This document shows, one piece after another, positions 1 through 8,896 of a stretch of DNA of 36,650 nt (the stretch's first letter is position 1; every line of letters begins with the position of its first letter). The stretch is from Lachnospiraceae bacterium (GTDB lineage Bacteria > Bacillota > Clostridia > Lachnospirales > Lachnospiraceae). The translations under genes and the position numbers were made by a program. Below the pieces are notes generated by a model. It was not told where the DNA came from. It worked only from the letters and a program-made list of their open reading frames with translations, and did no database searches. Location: the NCBI GenBank assembly GCA_015057205.1, contig SVEW01000001.1:1-36650 (forward strand), given 5' to 3'.

Positions 1-2
1 CG

Positions 3-515
3 GGACCAACTCCAACACCGAATCCGGAGCCGGAGGTAGAAGATATCGAAGAGACACAGACGCCATTGAGTGAAGGTGAGGAAGTACCTGTATCAGGTGT
101 TATCAAAAATTCCGATGGTACGTATACAGCGACCATTGTTACCGAGAATAAGAACGGTAAAGCTACTGTTGAGAAAATCACGCTCATTGCGAATGCAAAA
201 ACGAAAGAAGTTAAGGTTACGGCCTATGAAGTGAACGGTAAAACGGCGAATGTTCCTATGAAGGTTGTTATCAAAGGCAAGACTTATAAAGTAACCAGTA
301 TCGGTAAAAACGCATTTGTTAACGCATCGAAGTTGAAGAAGATTTATCTTGGTACAAACATCAAGAAGATTTATAAGGGTGCGTTCAAAGGAATTACCGG
401 GAAAGCAACCATTTATGTTACGGCTACTAAGAGCAAGTTTAATGCAATCAAGAAAATGATTACAAAATCCGGTCTTGCAAAAAGTGTAACTATAAAGAGA
501 GTAAAACCGAAATAA
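3..515 (+). CDS. 3' part of a cell-surface protein (Pro/Thr/Glu linker, then a basic C-terminal module with BspA/LRR_5-like repeats); starts upstream of the window
   Basis: Frame is open from base 3 (GPTPTPNPEPEVEDIEETQTPLSEG...), so the TTG at 66 is not the true start. The C-terminal VTSIGKNAF-x4-LKKIYLGTNIKKIYKGAFKG is LRR_5-like. Very Lys-rich; stop TAA at 513-515. Confidence 0.75.
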   Translation, partial: GPTPTPNPEPEVEDIEETQTPLSEGEEVPVSGVIKNSDGTYTATIVTENKNGKATVEKITLIANAKTKEVKVTAYEVNGKTANVPMKVVIKGKTYKVTSIGKNAFVNASKLKKIYLGTNIKKIYKGAFKGITGKATIYVTATKSKFNAIKKMITKSGLAKSVTIKRVKPK

Positions 516-566
516 TATGTCGAAAAGTAGGTGATAACAAAAAGTAACAAAAGAAGGTGATTATTC

Positions 567-604
567 AAAATGTAACCAAAAATATAACTCTGTTATGGTA
601 AAGT
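567..604 (+). promoter_or_regulatory. Direct-repeat promoter, copy 1: TGTAAC(571)-N6-TATAAC(583)-N7-TGg-TAAAGT(599)
   Basis: Same spacing as the copies at 2110 and 34635; extended -10, no canonical -35; RBS GAGGAGG precedes ATG 628. Confidence 0.65.
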
Positions 605-627
605 AAGGCCATGAGGAGGAATATGAG

Positions 628-1038
628 ATGACACATAATGTAATAGGTAGCAAATATCGCAATACGATTGTGTGCATTGACTCCTATCAGGACAAGGTGC
701 TTTGTGGGCGCCTGTATAACCCTTACAACGAAGGGGCCATACCATTTCAGAGTATCATGGAATTTGTCCGAGCAATGGATATTTTATTGGACAAAATGAA
801 CTACCCACAGGCATATGAATTAAAGCGTTCGTTTTTTGAATTGGAAGAAGAAGGGAATATTATTGAAAGTAAATTCCCAGACGAGACAGGAAGAAGGGCA
901 ACATTCGAATTAAGAATATTCTTTCGACAAAACGTTAGCTGGCAGGGAACGGTTAACTGGCTTGATGAAGGACAGGGGGAAAGTTTCCGAAGTGTGCTGG
1001 AATTATTGTTCTTGATAGATAGTGCACTGCAAGCGTGA
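628..1038 (+). CDS. Conserved hypothetical protein, 136 aa, with an internal two-fold repeat (paralog 1)
   Basis: Strong RBS; ungapped alignment with 2172..2591, 80/136 identical by hand count; no signal peptide or TM segment. Confidence 0.85.
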   Translation: MTHNVIGSKYRNTIVCIDSYQDKVLCGRLYNPYNEGAIPFQSIMEFVRAMDILLDKMNYPQAYELKRSFFELEEEGNIIESKFPDETGRRATFELRIFFRQNVSWQGTVNWLDEGQGESFRSVLELLFLIDSALQA

Positions 1039-1040
1039 GT

Positions 1041-1090
1041 AAAAGAGGAGCGCTGATACGCAAACCAGGTTGTGTCAGCGCTACTTTTCT
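1041..1090. terminator. Bidirectional rho-independent terminator between convergent genes
   Basis: Stem AGCGCTGATAC ... GTGTCAGCGCT, with AAAAG on the left and CTTTT on the right. Confidence 0.7.
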
Positions 1091-1965
1091 AGAAGCTGCG
1101 ACTGCAATTTAAGAATAATGACATTGTCAATGGTACAGTCGAATTTTCTTGCAAAAAGGGCTGTTGTATGGAGCAATTCTTCGTAATCAGATGCCTGAAA
1201 GGTATAAGGGGCACCACGTTCCCAGTCGATATACCGAAGGTTGTTATCTACCACGTTTTCAAGTCGTGGGGAATCACTAATTATGGTTTGTAAAAAACAT
1301 TCATCAGGAATGAATGTGAAACGAAAATATTTTTGGTAACGTTTACTATTTTTCAAAACATAGCATGCAGTTTCATGGGTAATGCTAAACCACTGCGCTC
1401 CTTTGACATAGGTAAAGTTGGCTTGCGCAGTACGATCGATTCCCCATTTTTTCTGCAATGACAAAAGCTTTTTCTGGAAGGACTCCAGTTTGTAACAAAA
1501 ACCGGACGGATTTCGTCCTACCATATTTTGAAATGGATAATAGTAGCGAAAACGATCTAAAAAGTTCTTATTTACGTTGTGCGGATGTGAAGTTTCCAAT
1601 GAAATATAATCTTTGTCGGTGTTTGCAAAAAAAGAGTGAATTTCTGCCTGCGTTTTTAAAGGCAAATCGGCACCGGACAAGAGATGATAATAGCGGTGGG
1701 GTGTTTTTGTAGATTCTTTCAACAACCGAAGTTCGATATTCATTAAGGAGTCACCACCCCAGGCGGCTTTTACAGAATGTACAAATGTAATGGAAGCTAG
1801 ATGGACAGCGGATGCTATTTGTGCCTTTGCCTTTGTACTAAGGCGGCTGCGTTTATCAACGTGAATGTAAATATCATTGAATTCATAATCTAATAAAGAT
1901 AATTCGATGCTTAGTTGCTCAAAATGATTATGGCACATGATTAGGTATGCATGGCGCTCGCTCAT
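1081..1965 (-). CDS. GT14 / Core-2/I-branching family glycosyltransferase (beta-1,6-GlcNAc-transferase-like)
   Basis: Motifs HAYLIMCH, DIYIHVDK, WGGDS, YYHLLSGADLPLK, KGAQWFSIT, PDECFLQT, LRYIDW, LFARKFD; RBS GGAGG. Confidence 0.9.
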   Translation of the reverse strand: MSERHAYLIMCHNHFEQLSIELSLLDYEFNDIYIHVDKRSRLSTKAKAQIASAVHLASITFVHSVKAAWGGDSLMNIELRLLKESTKTPHRYYHLLSGADLPLKTQAEIHSFFANTDKDYISLETSHPHNVNKNFLDRFRYYYPFQNMVGRNPSGFCYKLESFQKKLLSLQKKWGIDRTAQANFTYVKGAQWFSITHETACYVLKNSKRYQKYFRFTFIPDECFLQTIISDSPRLENVVDNNLRYIDWERGAPYTFQASDYEELLHTTALFARKFDCTIDNVIILKLQSQLLEK

Positions 1966-2010
1966 TATCTGTCCTCCTGTGTTTGAAGATGGTGTTAAAT
2001 ACTTATGAAC

Positions 2011-2040
2011 ATTATACGTTATTTGCTTTCAGTAATTCAA
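2011..2040 (-). promoter_or_regulatory. Putative sigmaA promoter of the GT14 gene
   Basis: Minus strand TTGAAT-N18-TATAAT. Confidence 0.5.
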
Positions 2041-2105
2041 TACCTTTCTTTTACCTCATAATACAAAGAGGTGAAAGCGAAAAACATAAAATGCAAATAA
2101 AAATG

Positions 2106-2143
2106 AAAATGTAACGGTTTTTGTAACCGCTAGATGATATACT
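2106..2143 (+). promoter_or_regulatory. Direct-repeat promoter, copy 2: TGTAAC(2110)-N6-TGTAAC(2122)-N7-TGa-TATACT(2138)
   Basis: Perfect hexamer direct repeat with a 12-bp period, extended -10 TGnTATACT, upstream A-tracts; RBS AAGGAGG before ATG 2172. Confidence 0.75.
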
Positions 2144-2171
2144 ACAAGCATGATAAAAGGAGGACGAGGAA

Positions 2172-2591
2172 ATGGTAAACAGAGCTATCGATAGTAAATA
2201 CAGAAATACCATGGTGTGTATCGACTCTTATGAGGGGAGAGTTCCGAAAGGGCGCATTTATAACCAATATATGGATGGGGAGATTTCGTTTGCCAGTATG
2301 ATGGATTTCATTTTGGCGATGGAAGATATGTTGGAAAAGATGAACTATCCGCAGGCCTACGAGGAGAAAAGAACTTTTCAGAGAACGAAGGATAGTGGAT
2401 ACAATGTAAAAGAATGCCCGATAACAGAAAAGGGGAAACTGGCAACGTTTGAATTGAAGATATTTTTTAGACAGAATGCAAGTTGGCAGGGAACCTTGGG
2501 GTGGTTGGATGAAGGACATGAAGAGAGTTTCCGAAGTGTGTTGGAGATGATGTTTTTAATGGACAGTGCACTTCAAGGCGAAGGTATTTAA
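2172..2591 (+). CDS. Conserved hypothetical protein, 139 aa, with an internal two-fold repeat (paralog 2); probably co-transcribed with the surface protein
   Basis: About 59% identical to 628..1038; 23-bp gap to the next ATG with no terminator. Confidence 0.85.
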   Translation: MVNRAIDSKYRNTMVCIDSYEGRVPKGRIYNQYMDGEISFASMMDFILAMEDMLEKMNYPQAYEEKRTFQRTKDSGYNVKECPITEKGKLATFELKIFFRQNASWQGTLGWLDEGHEESFRSVLEMMFLMDSALQGEGI

Positions 2592-2614
2592 AGAAAGGAT
2601 GAGTAGCGAATATC

Positions 2615-5563
2615 ATGAGAAGAGTAGTGAAGAACAGGATTGTTAAGAGAACAATCGCGTGTGCTATGGCGTTTATGGTAGCGTTTACGCCTATGGCAGC
2701 AGGAGCTGTGGACAATGTAAAAGAGAATACGCAGAATGAGATTGAAGAGTATGGTGTAGATACAAAAGATGCACCAAACGCAGACAAGGGCAAGTATCAC
2801 GACGCAGAAGGTGCCAAGGTTCATGATGGAGATGCAACCATCAAGGACATGGAGAAGAAAGTGGATGATGCAAAAGGTGCAGTGGAAGAAATGCAGAGAC
2901 AGCTTGATGAAATCAAGGATGTTGATGCAGAAGGCACCAAGAAGACGGTAGAAGAAGGCACTAAATTGGTGGAAGGCGCTGAGAAGGAAGCCGAGGGTGC
3001 TGAGGATGCTAAGAAGGAAGCAGAGCAGCTTAAGACAGATATCAAAGAGCACAATGAGGGCGTAGAAGAAGAGCAGAAGAAGATTGATGATACGGCCGAA
3101 GAAATTGATAAAAAGCTGGATGTAGAAGCAATTAATAAAAAAGCTGACGAGGCAGCAGAGAAGGCCAAGGAGGCAAAAGAAAAATTAGATGCTGCACTCA
3201 ATGAAAATGAGAAAAATGCGACGGTAGAAAAAGCAGTAGAGGATTCTGTACAGGCTGCTAAGGATGCGGAAGAAGCAGCAAAAGCAGCAAAGAAAATGAA
3301 AGAAGACGCTGAGAAAGAACTTCTGGAAATTGCAAATGCCTACAATGAGTATGCGAAGGCAAATGGTCTTAAGCTGATTGACGTTGAAAAGTGTGAACTT
3401 TCTGAAGTTGCGGATGCATTGGAAGAACTTACAAAACGTAAGACTGCAATTGCGGGCACAGAATTAACGGATAAGACGATTAAAGAAGCGGTTACCAACT
3501 TAGAGAAGGCGGATAAAGCAGTTAAGGAAACGGCAAAAGTTGCTGAAGACAGTGCGAATGCAGCAAAGAAGGCAGTGGATAAATTAGCTGAAGTTGAAGG
3601 TATTTCCAAAGCCATTCATGCAGAGTATCTTGAGAAAGATATGAAAGCAAAAGAAGGCTATGAAACAGCCATTAAAGAAAACTCCGCGAAGTTGAACGAT
3701 GCTAAGAAGAGCAGAGATGAAGCTAAGACTGCATACGATAATGCAAAGAATAGTGCTGCTAATAAATGGGAAGACATGAGTACCTGGGCTCAGTTTAAAT
3801 GGGTATTAAAAAACCTGGGCGAGAATGTAAAACCAAAGAATTTGTTCAAATTTAAGGATACTTATATTAAAATGAATACCCAAAATGAGAAAAATGCATA
3901 CAATGCATGGAACTCAAAAGTAGGCGAAATTACGTCCCAGATTAATAGCGATACAGTAGCATTGAATAAAACAAATGATACCATCGCAGCAAAAGAGAAA
4001 ATTGCAAATGCGATTACCAAAGATGCAACCGACTTATTGGTTACATTATTGGAAGGAAGAATTTCCAAGGATGGCGAAGCAATTAACCAGATGGAATTTG
4101 ACAAGGATTTAAATAAGTGGGCACAGAGCTACAAAGATTTCTACAAGTTCTGGAATTGGGATGATAAGGCACATGCAGTTGCTGGACTTTCCGATAAATA
4201 CAGAGATAATTCCACTTTCTGGAATTGGGTGAAAAATGGCGCTGACGCTTATGCAATTGGAATCCGTTTGTTCATTTCCGGAAAAGATATCAATAAAAAG
4301 ATTGCATCCGGAGTTGAAATTACAAAGGAAGATATTAAAGAAGCTTACAAACAGCGTGCTATTGTTTTAGAAGCATTGCAGGCGATTGAGGCAGGCACGA
4401 AGGGGGCAGAGGCTAAGAAGGAATTAAAGTCTCTTACCGAGAAGATTTCTGCATTAAATGACATGCAGAATGAGGTTACCGCAGCATCCGGAAAAGTTTC
4501 CGCTGCTAAAACAAAGTATGAAACTATGGAAGCGCAGTTCAAGGAACTGAAAGAAGAAATTGCCAATACTGACATTCAGGGCGCAAAATACGACAAACTT
4601 GTTGAAAGCTTAAAGAATTTGAAAGAGAAACTTGGTAAGGCAAAGGATGCAGTTGAGAAGGCTGAAAAAGAGCAGGAAATTGCTAAGAGATATGCAGACT
4701 GGGCACAGGAATTATTAGAAGAGCATGTAACCAATGCATATGGCCAGTTAGCGTTAGAAGGTCAGCCGGAAATCGATGGTATTGCCCTTTCTAACAAGCA
4801 GGGCTACGATAAAGAAATCGTTGAGTCACGTGATGTGGCGAAATTTACGGGTAATATTGCTTATGATGTTGAACTTGAGACAAGTTCTGTTAAGATTCCA
4901 TATACACTTTACAAAGAATATGTAAAAGCGGTATATGAGCAGTTTACAGTAGCAGAAGTAAAGGATAAGAATAATGCGGAAGTAAATGGTAAAGGTGCAA
5001 ACCTGGATAAGAGCATTGTTTACTGGGAATATAAGGATGGTAAGTTAACAGGTAACTATATTACCGATCCTAATAAACTTGTGGCAGGACAAACTTATTT
5101 TGTAGGTTACGTTCTTAAAGTTGATGGCAGTGGGGATGAGCATGTGTACCACATTGATGGATATCTCTATAAGAAAACAGAGCCGATTAATCCACCAATT
5201 GTGGATCCAGATCCACCAATTGTAGATCCGAATCCACCAATTGTAGATCCGAATCCACCAGTCGTAAATCCGGATCCGCCAACAGAGAACATTCCAGATG
5301 AAGAACCACCATTGGATGAGCAGCCGGATGTTGAGATTGAAGACGAGGAAACTCCATTAGATGAGCAGCCGGATGTTGAGATAGAGGACGACGAAACTCC
5401 ATTGGATGATAAGCCACAGGCGGACATTCCGGACGAAAAAACTCCGTTAAGTGATAATCCACTTACAGGTGATTCGTTACCAATCGCTTGGATTGGATTA
5501 GCATTACTTGGAATCTTAGGTTGTGGCGGTATTGCATTTGCAGGCAAAAAGAAAGAGAAATAG
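2615..5563 (+). CDS. 982-aa sortase-anchored coiled-coil surface protein (signal peptide; NPLTG sorting signal)
   Basis: Basic-then-hydrophobic N-terminal signal (…FTPMAAGA); long A/E/K-rich heptad regions; Pro-rich and acidic repeats; NPLTG, hydrophobic stretch and KKKEK tail. Confidence 0.9.
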   Translation: MRRVVKNRIVKRTIACAMAFMVAFTPMAAGAVDNVKENTQNEIEEYGVDTKDAPNADKGKYHDAEGAKVHDGDATIKDMEKKVDDAKGAVEEMQRQLDEIKDVDAEGTKKTVEEGTKLVEGAEKEAEGAEDAKKEAEQLKTDIKEHNEGVEEEQKKIDDTAEEIDKKLDVEAINKKADEAAEKAKEAKEKLDAALNENEKNATVEKAVEDSVQAAKDAEEAAKAAKKMKEDAEKELLEIANAYNEYAKANGLKLIDVEKCELSEVADALEELTKRKTAIAGTELTDKTIKEAVTNLEKADKAVKETAKVAEDSANAAKKAVDKLAEVEGISKAIHAEYLEKDMKAKEGYETAIKENSAKLNDAKKSRDEAKTAYDNAKNSAANKWEDMSTWAQFKWVLKNLGENVKPKNLFKFKDTYIKMNTQNEKNAYNAWNSKVGEITSQINSDTVALNKTNDTIAAKEKIANAITKDATDLLVTLLEGRISKDGEAINQMEFDKDLNKWAQSYKDFYKFWNWDDKAHAVAGLSDKYRDNSTFWNWVKNGADAYAIGIRLFISGKDINKKIASGVEITKEDIKEAYKQRAIVLEALQAIEAGTKGAEAKKELKSLTEKISALNDMQNEVTAASGKVSAAKTKYETMEAQFKELKEEIANTDIQGAKYDKLVESLKNLKEKLGKAKDAVEKAEKEQEIAKRYADWAQELLEEHVTNAYGQLALEGQPEIDGIALSNKQGYDKEIVESRDVAKFTGNIAYDVELETSSVKIPYTLYKEYVKAVYEQFTVAEVKDKNNAEVNGKGANLDKSIVYWEYKDGKLTGNYITDPNKLVAGQTYFVGYVLKVDGSGDEHVYHIDGYLYKKTEPINPPIVDPDPPIVDPNPPIVDPNPPVVNPDPPTENIPDEEPPLDEQPDVEIEDEETPLDEQPDVEIEDDETPLDDKPQADIPDEKTPLSDNPLTGDSLPIAWIGLALLGILGCGGIAFAGKKKEK
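5189..5281 (+). repeat. 21-bp tandem repeat, about 4.4 copies, encoding (N/D)PPIVDP
   Basis: aatccaccaattgtggatcca / gatccaccaattgtagatccg / aatccaccaattgtagatccg / aatccaccagtcgtaaatccg / gatccgcca. Confidence 0.9.
5291..5470 (+). repeat. 45-bp tandem repeat, 4 copies, encoding acidic I-x-D-(E/D)-x-(T/P)-P-L units; the last unit ends in the sorting motif
   Basis: IPDEEPPLDEQPDVE / IEDEETPLDEQPDVE / IEDDETPLDDKPQAD / IPDEKTPLSDNPLTG. Confidence 0.9.
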
Positions 5564-5591
5564 ACCCTGGATTCTGTAGTATGAAGGTGAA

Positions 5592-5629
5592 GGGCGTTTG
5601 TGCGGAGAAACGTACAAACGCCCATTTTT
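5592..5629 (+). terminator. Rho-independent terminator
   Basis: 13-bp stem GGGCGTTTGTGCG / CGTACAAACGCCC (one G-U pair), 6-nt loop, followed by ATTTTT. Confidence 0.85.
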
Positions 5630-5634
5630 ATGGA

Positions 5635-5663
5635 TTGAAAAAAATGTGAAATCATATTATACT
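5635..5663 (+). promoter_or_regulatory. sigmaA promoter for the first glycosyltransferase operon
   Basis: TTGAAA-N17-TATACT. Confidence 0.75.
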
Positions 5664-5708
5664 TGAATACAGTAGGTAGTGACGAAAAGATGACGAAGGG
5701 AAACGGGT

Positions 5709-6896
5709 ATGAAAAGGGTGGCGTTTGTGACACCGGGTATTTTACCGGTGCCGGCTGTAAATGGCGGTGCAGTTGAGGAATTGATAACGAAACTGGTTGA
5801 AGCAAACGAAGAATATAGAGAGTTTGAAATTGATGTTTTTACCACTGCGAATACAAAGCTTAAAAACTATTCTTATGACCTTTCACGCATAATTGAAGTG
5901 AAAAAGGGAAAATGGATAGTCTTTGCGGATCGTGTGCTTGATATATGTGCCCGGAGGTTTCATTGGAAACGGAACGTAAGGTTGTATGATCGTGCTTTTT
6001 TACGGGAAGTGGAAAGAGGCGCGTATGATATTTTGGTAATTGAAAATGTTACGTCCCTTTACAGAACACTAAAAGGGAGGGTAACCTGTCGGAAGTGTTT
6101 TTTTCATATTCATAACAATGTAGATTTGTATCGTAGCGAAGCGGATTTGCGGAATATGGTAAAAGAACAGTTCAGTATTCTTGCGGTAAGTGATTTTGTT
6201 AAGAAGCAAGTGATAAAAGCGGCACCCGGAGCACAATGCGAAACGTTTTATAATGCGGTGAATCGCAGGCGATTTGCACCCATTAGTAAGACTGAGCGGG
6301 TAAAATGCAGGAAACATTGGGAGTTGGATGGAAGTGAAATGGTTTTTTTGTATTCCGGTCGAATCGTTCCTGAAAAAGGTGTGTTAGAATTAGTGTCAGC
6401 TTTTTGTAATGTATATGAGAAAAATGCGTCGCTGTCATTGATGATAGTTGGAAAAGGGCAGTTTGAGAAAGAGAAGGTATCAAACTACGAACGTAAAGTG
6501 TATCAAATGGCGGGGACCTGTCCGGGAATACGATTTACCGGTTTTATACAACCGGAGGAAATGCGAAATGCTTATGGGTGCGCAGACATGGTGATAATGC
6601 CAACAATTGGAGGAGAGCCTTTTGGAATGGTTGCATTAGAGGCCATGAGCATGGGGATTCCACTCATTGCCACGCGAAGTGGTGGGTTGGTTGAATTTTT
6701 GAATGAAGAATATGCACTTCTTCTGGATGTGGATAGTAAGCTTGAGAAGAATTTGGAAGAGGCGATGGTATGGGGGATGAATCATAAAGCACAGCTGGAA
6801 ACAATGGGCGAAGCTGGGATTGCGTTCCTGGATCAGAAGAAACAATTTAATGAAGAGAATTACTACAAAGAGTTTTGCAGATTAGTAGATAAGTAA
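5709..6896 (+). CDS. GT4 family glycosyltransferase
   Basis: LPVPAVNGGAVE N-terminus, YSGRIVPEKG, EPFGMVALEAMSMG (EX7E). Confidence 0.9.
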   Translation: MKRVAFVTPGILPVPAVNGGAVEELITKLVEANEEYREFEIDVFTTANTKLKNYSYDLSRIIEVKKGKWIVFADRVLDICARRFHWKRNVRLYDRAFLREVERGAYDILVIENVTSLYRTLKGRVTCRKCFFHIHNNVDLYRSEADLRNMVKEQFSILAVSDFVKKQVIKAAPGAQCETFYNAVNRRRFAPISKTERVKCRKHWELDGSEMVFLYSGRIVPEKGVLELVSAFCNVYEKNASLSLMIVGKGQFEKEKVSNYERKVYQMAGTCPGIRFTGFIQPEEMRNAYGCADMVIMPTIGGEPFGMVALEAMSMGIPLIATRSGGLVEFLNEEYALLLDVDSKLEKNLEEAMVWGMNHKAQLETMGEAGIAFLDQKKQFNEENYYKEFCRLVDK

Positions 6897-7837
6897 TGGG
6901 GGAAATTATGACAAAACCGTTGATAAGCATCATTATTCCGGCATACAATGTGGAACGGTATTTGGAACGCTGTTTACAAAGTGTTGTGGAACAGGAATAT
7001 ACAAATTGGGAAGTGATTTTAATTGAGGACGGCTCTACAGATGGCACGCGGAATGTATGTCAACAATGGGCTGAAAGGGAGTCCCGTATTCGTTTGATTG
7101 AGCAGGAAAATAGGGGGCTTTCTGTGGCAAGGAACCGTGGAATGGAAAAAGCCCGGGGAGAATTTTTCTTCTTTTTAGACAGTGACGATTGGATTGAAAA
7201 GGAAACGCTCCTTAATCTTATTAATGTACAGTGTGATACCATGGCGGATGTAGTGTGTTGTGGTTTTGAAAAAGTGTATGAGGATGGACGAAAGGAGACA
7301 TTTACTTCGGAGAAGTCGTTTCTTGCAAATGCAGCAGAGGCTGTTGAAGAGATGATGACACAACGAAATGTGTGCTCTGTTGCATGGAATAAGTTATATA
7401 GAAGAAGTCTTTGGGATGATGTGCGATTTCCGGAAGGAAAGGTTCATGAGGATGAATTTGTAACCTACCGCATACTATATAAGGCATCCCACGTCGCCTA
7501 TATTGGCAATCCCCATTATCAATATTTTCAGCGAAAAAACGGAATTATGGGACGAATGTCTTATGACGGAGAGATGCAGATGCTAGAGGCGCTAGAGGAG
7601 CGGACAGCCTGGTTGGAAGTGCAGAAGGAAAGAAGGTTAATGGCAATATCTTTGTGCCACTATTTGCATTATATTAAGTATTTATATCGGAATAACAAGA
7701 AGAATATATCCGAAGAAAACTATAAAGATTTGCGAAAACGATACAGAAAGGGTGTGCAACGTGCCGTTAGTAATCCTTATTTTTCCTTATGGGAAAAGGG
7801 AAAAGTAATTGCATGGATGATGATTTTATTTCGGTGA
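6896..7837 (+). CDS. GT2 family glycosyltransferase (start may be 6908)
   Basis: ISIIIPAYNVE, EDGSTD, GLSVARNRG, FLDSDD, WNKLY, HED. Confidence 0.9.
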   Translation: MGEIMTKPLISIIIPAYNVERYLERCLQSVVEQEYTNWEVILIEDGSTDGTRNVCQQWAERESRIRLIEQENRGLSVARNRGMEKARGEFFFFLDSDDWIEKETLLNLINVQCDTMADVVCCGFEKVYEDGRKETFTSEKSFLANAAEAVEEMMTQRNVCSVAWNKLYRRSLWDDVRFPEGKVHEDEFVTYRILYKASHVAYIGNPHYQYFQRKNGIMGRMSYDGEMQMLEALEERTAWLEVQKERRLMAISLCHYLHYIKYLYRNNKKNISEENYKDLRKRYRKGVQRAVSNPYFSLWEKGKVIAWMMILFR

Positions 7838-7840
7838 TAG

Positions 7841-8896
7841 ATGATGGACGAAAAAGTATCGATTGTTGTTTCAACTTATAATTCAGAATCTTATATTGAG
7901 CAGTGTATGATGTCGTTGAAAAATCAGACGTATCGTAATCTGGAAATGGTCTTTGTAGATGATGGGTCTTCGGATCAGACCGTGAAGCGATGCAGAGAAT
8001 TGGCCGAGGGAGATGCCCGGATTCGGATTTATCCGTGCACTCACCGAGGGGTTTCTGCCACCAGAAATGAAGGCATTGGACATTGTACGGGAAAGTATGT
8101 CACGTTTGTAGACAGCGATGATTACGTAGAACCAAATTTGGTGGAACGTTATATAGAAGCAGTTCATTTTTTTGAGAATAACAAGAAGGACGTTGCATTT
8201 ATTTTGTGTGGCATGCATTTCGAAGTGCATGTGGGCACCTTGGAAGAGGATTTAAAACTCGTGGACAGTAGAGATAGTTTTTTGACTTTGCCGAGGGAAA
8301 AAATTGGATATTTGTGTTGGTTAAAGATATTCAATTTTATAACCAACAAGCTGTATGACTTGGAAACAATTCTGCAGAAGGATATTCAGTTTAGTCGAGA
8401 TATTCAGATTGGAGAGGATTTACGTTTTAATCTGGACTATTTAAAAGCGGTAAGCGGAGAACTGGGTGTTGTGAACGAACCGCTTTATCATTATGTGCGG
8501 AGAACAGAAAATTCTTTATCTATGGTATATTATAAAAATGCGATTTCACATACGAAAGAGATTTACAAAGAACTGATTGGATTTGCCCAAGACATTGAGA
8601 ATATTAGCAACGACGATATTATGGTGTTGAAGGCGATTTACTTGGCAGATTGGACCCGGCGCATTACCGCTCTTTATGATAATCATAACGGGATGTTTAC
8701 GGTTAGTGAAAAACATCGCATTACCAGGGAAGAAATACGAAAAGATGAATATCAGCAACTGCTAAAGGAAGTGCATCAGGGTAAAAAGATTACGACCGTG
8801 CGCTATTTGGCGCTACGAACAAAACGCTTCGATTTATATTTTTTGCTAAGAAGAGTTTATCGATTGATACGAGGAAAAAAAGGGAATGGAAAATAA
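7841..8896 (+). CDS. GT2 family glycosyltransferase
   Basis: VSIVVSTYNSE, DDGSSD, GVSATRN, FVDSDD, GEDLRFN. Confidence 0.9.
   Translation: MMDEKVSIVVSTYNSESYIEQCMMSLKNQTYRNLEMVFVDDGSSDQTVKRCRELAEGDARIRIYPCTHRGVSATRNEGIGHCTGKYVTFVDSDDYVEPNLVERYIEAVHFFENNKKDVAFILCGMHFEVHVGTLEEDLKLVDSRDSFLTLPREKIGYLCWLKIFNFITNKLYDLETILQKDIQFSRDIQIGEDLRFNLDYLKAVSGELGVVNEPLYHYVRRTENSLSMVYYKNAISHTKEIYKELIGFAQDIENISNDDIMVLKAIYLADWTRRITALYDNHNGMFTVSEKHRITREEIRKDEYQQLLKEVHQGKKITTVRYLALRTKRFDLYFLLRRVYRLIRGKKGNGK

Noticed and set aside
5189-5470. Tandem repeats as a CRISPR array
   Set aside because: Units are contiguous, in-frame multiples of 3 with synonymous variation, have no unique spacers, and no cas genes are present.
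2142-5805. Long minus-strand ORFs (e.g. 2588..3052, 2821..3201, 5167..5805)
   Set aside because: They are antisense shadows of codon-biased, repetitive real genes, with Ser/Phe-rich low-complexity translations. The other short overlapping ORFs in the track were rejected for the same reason.
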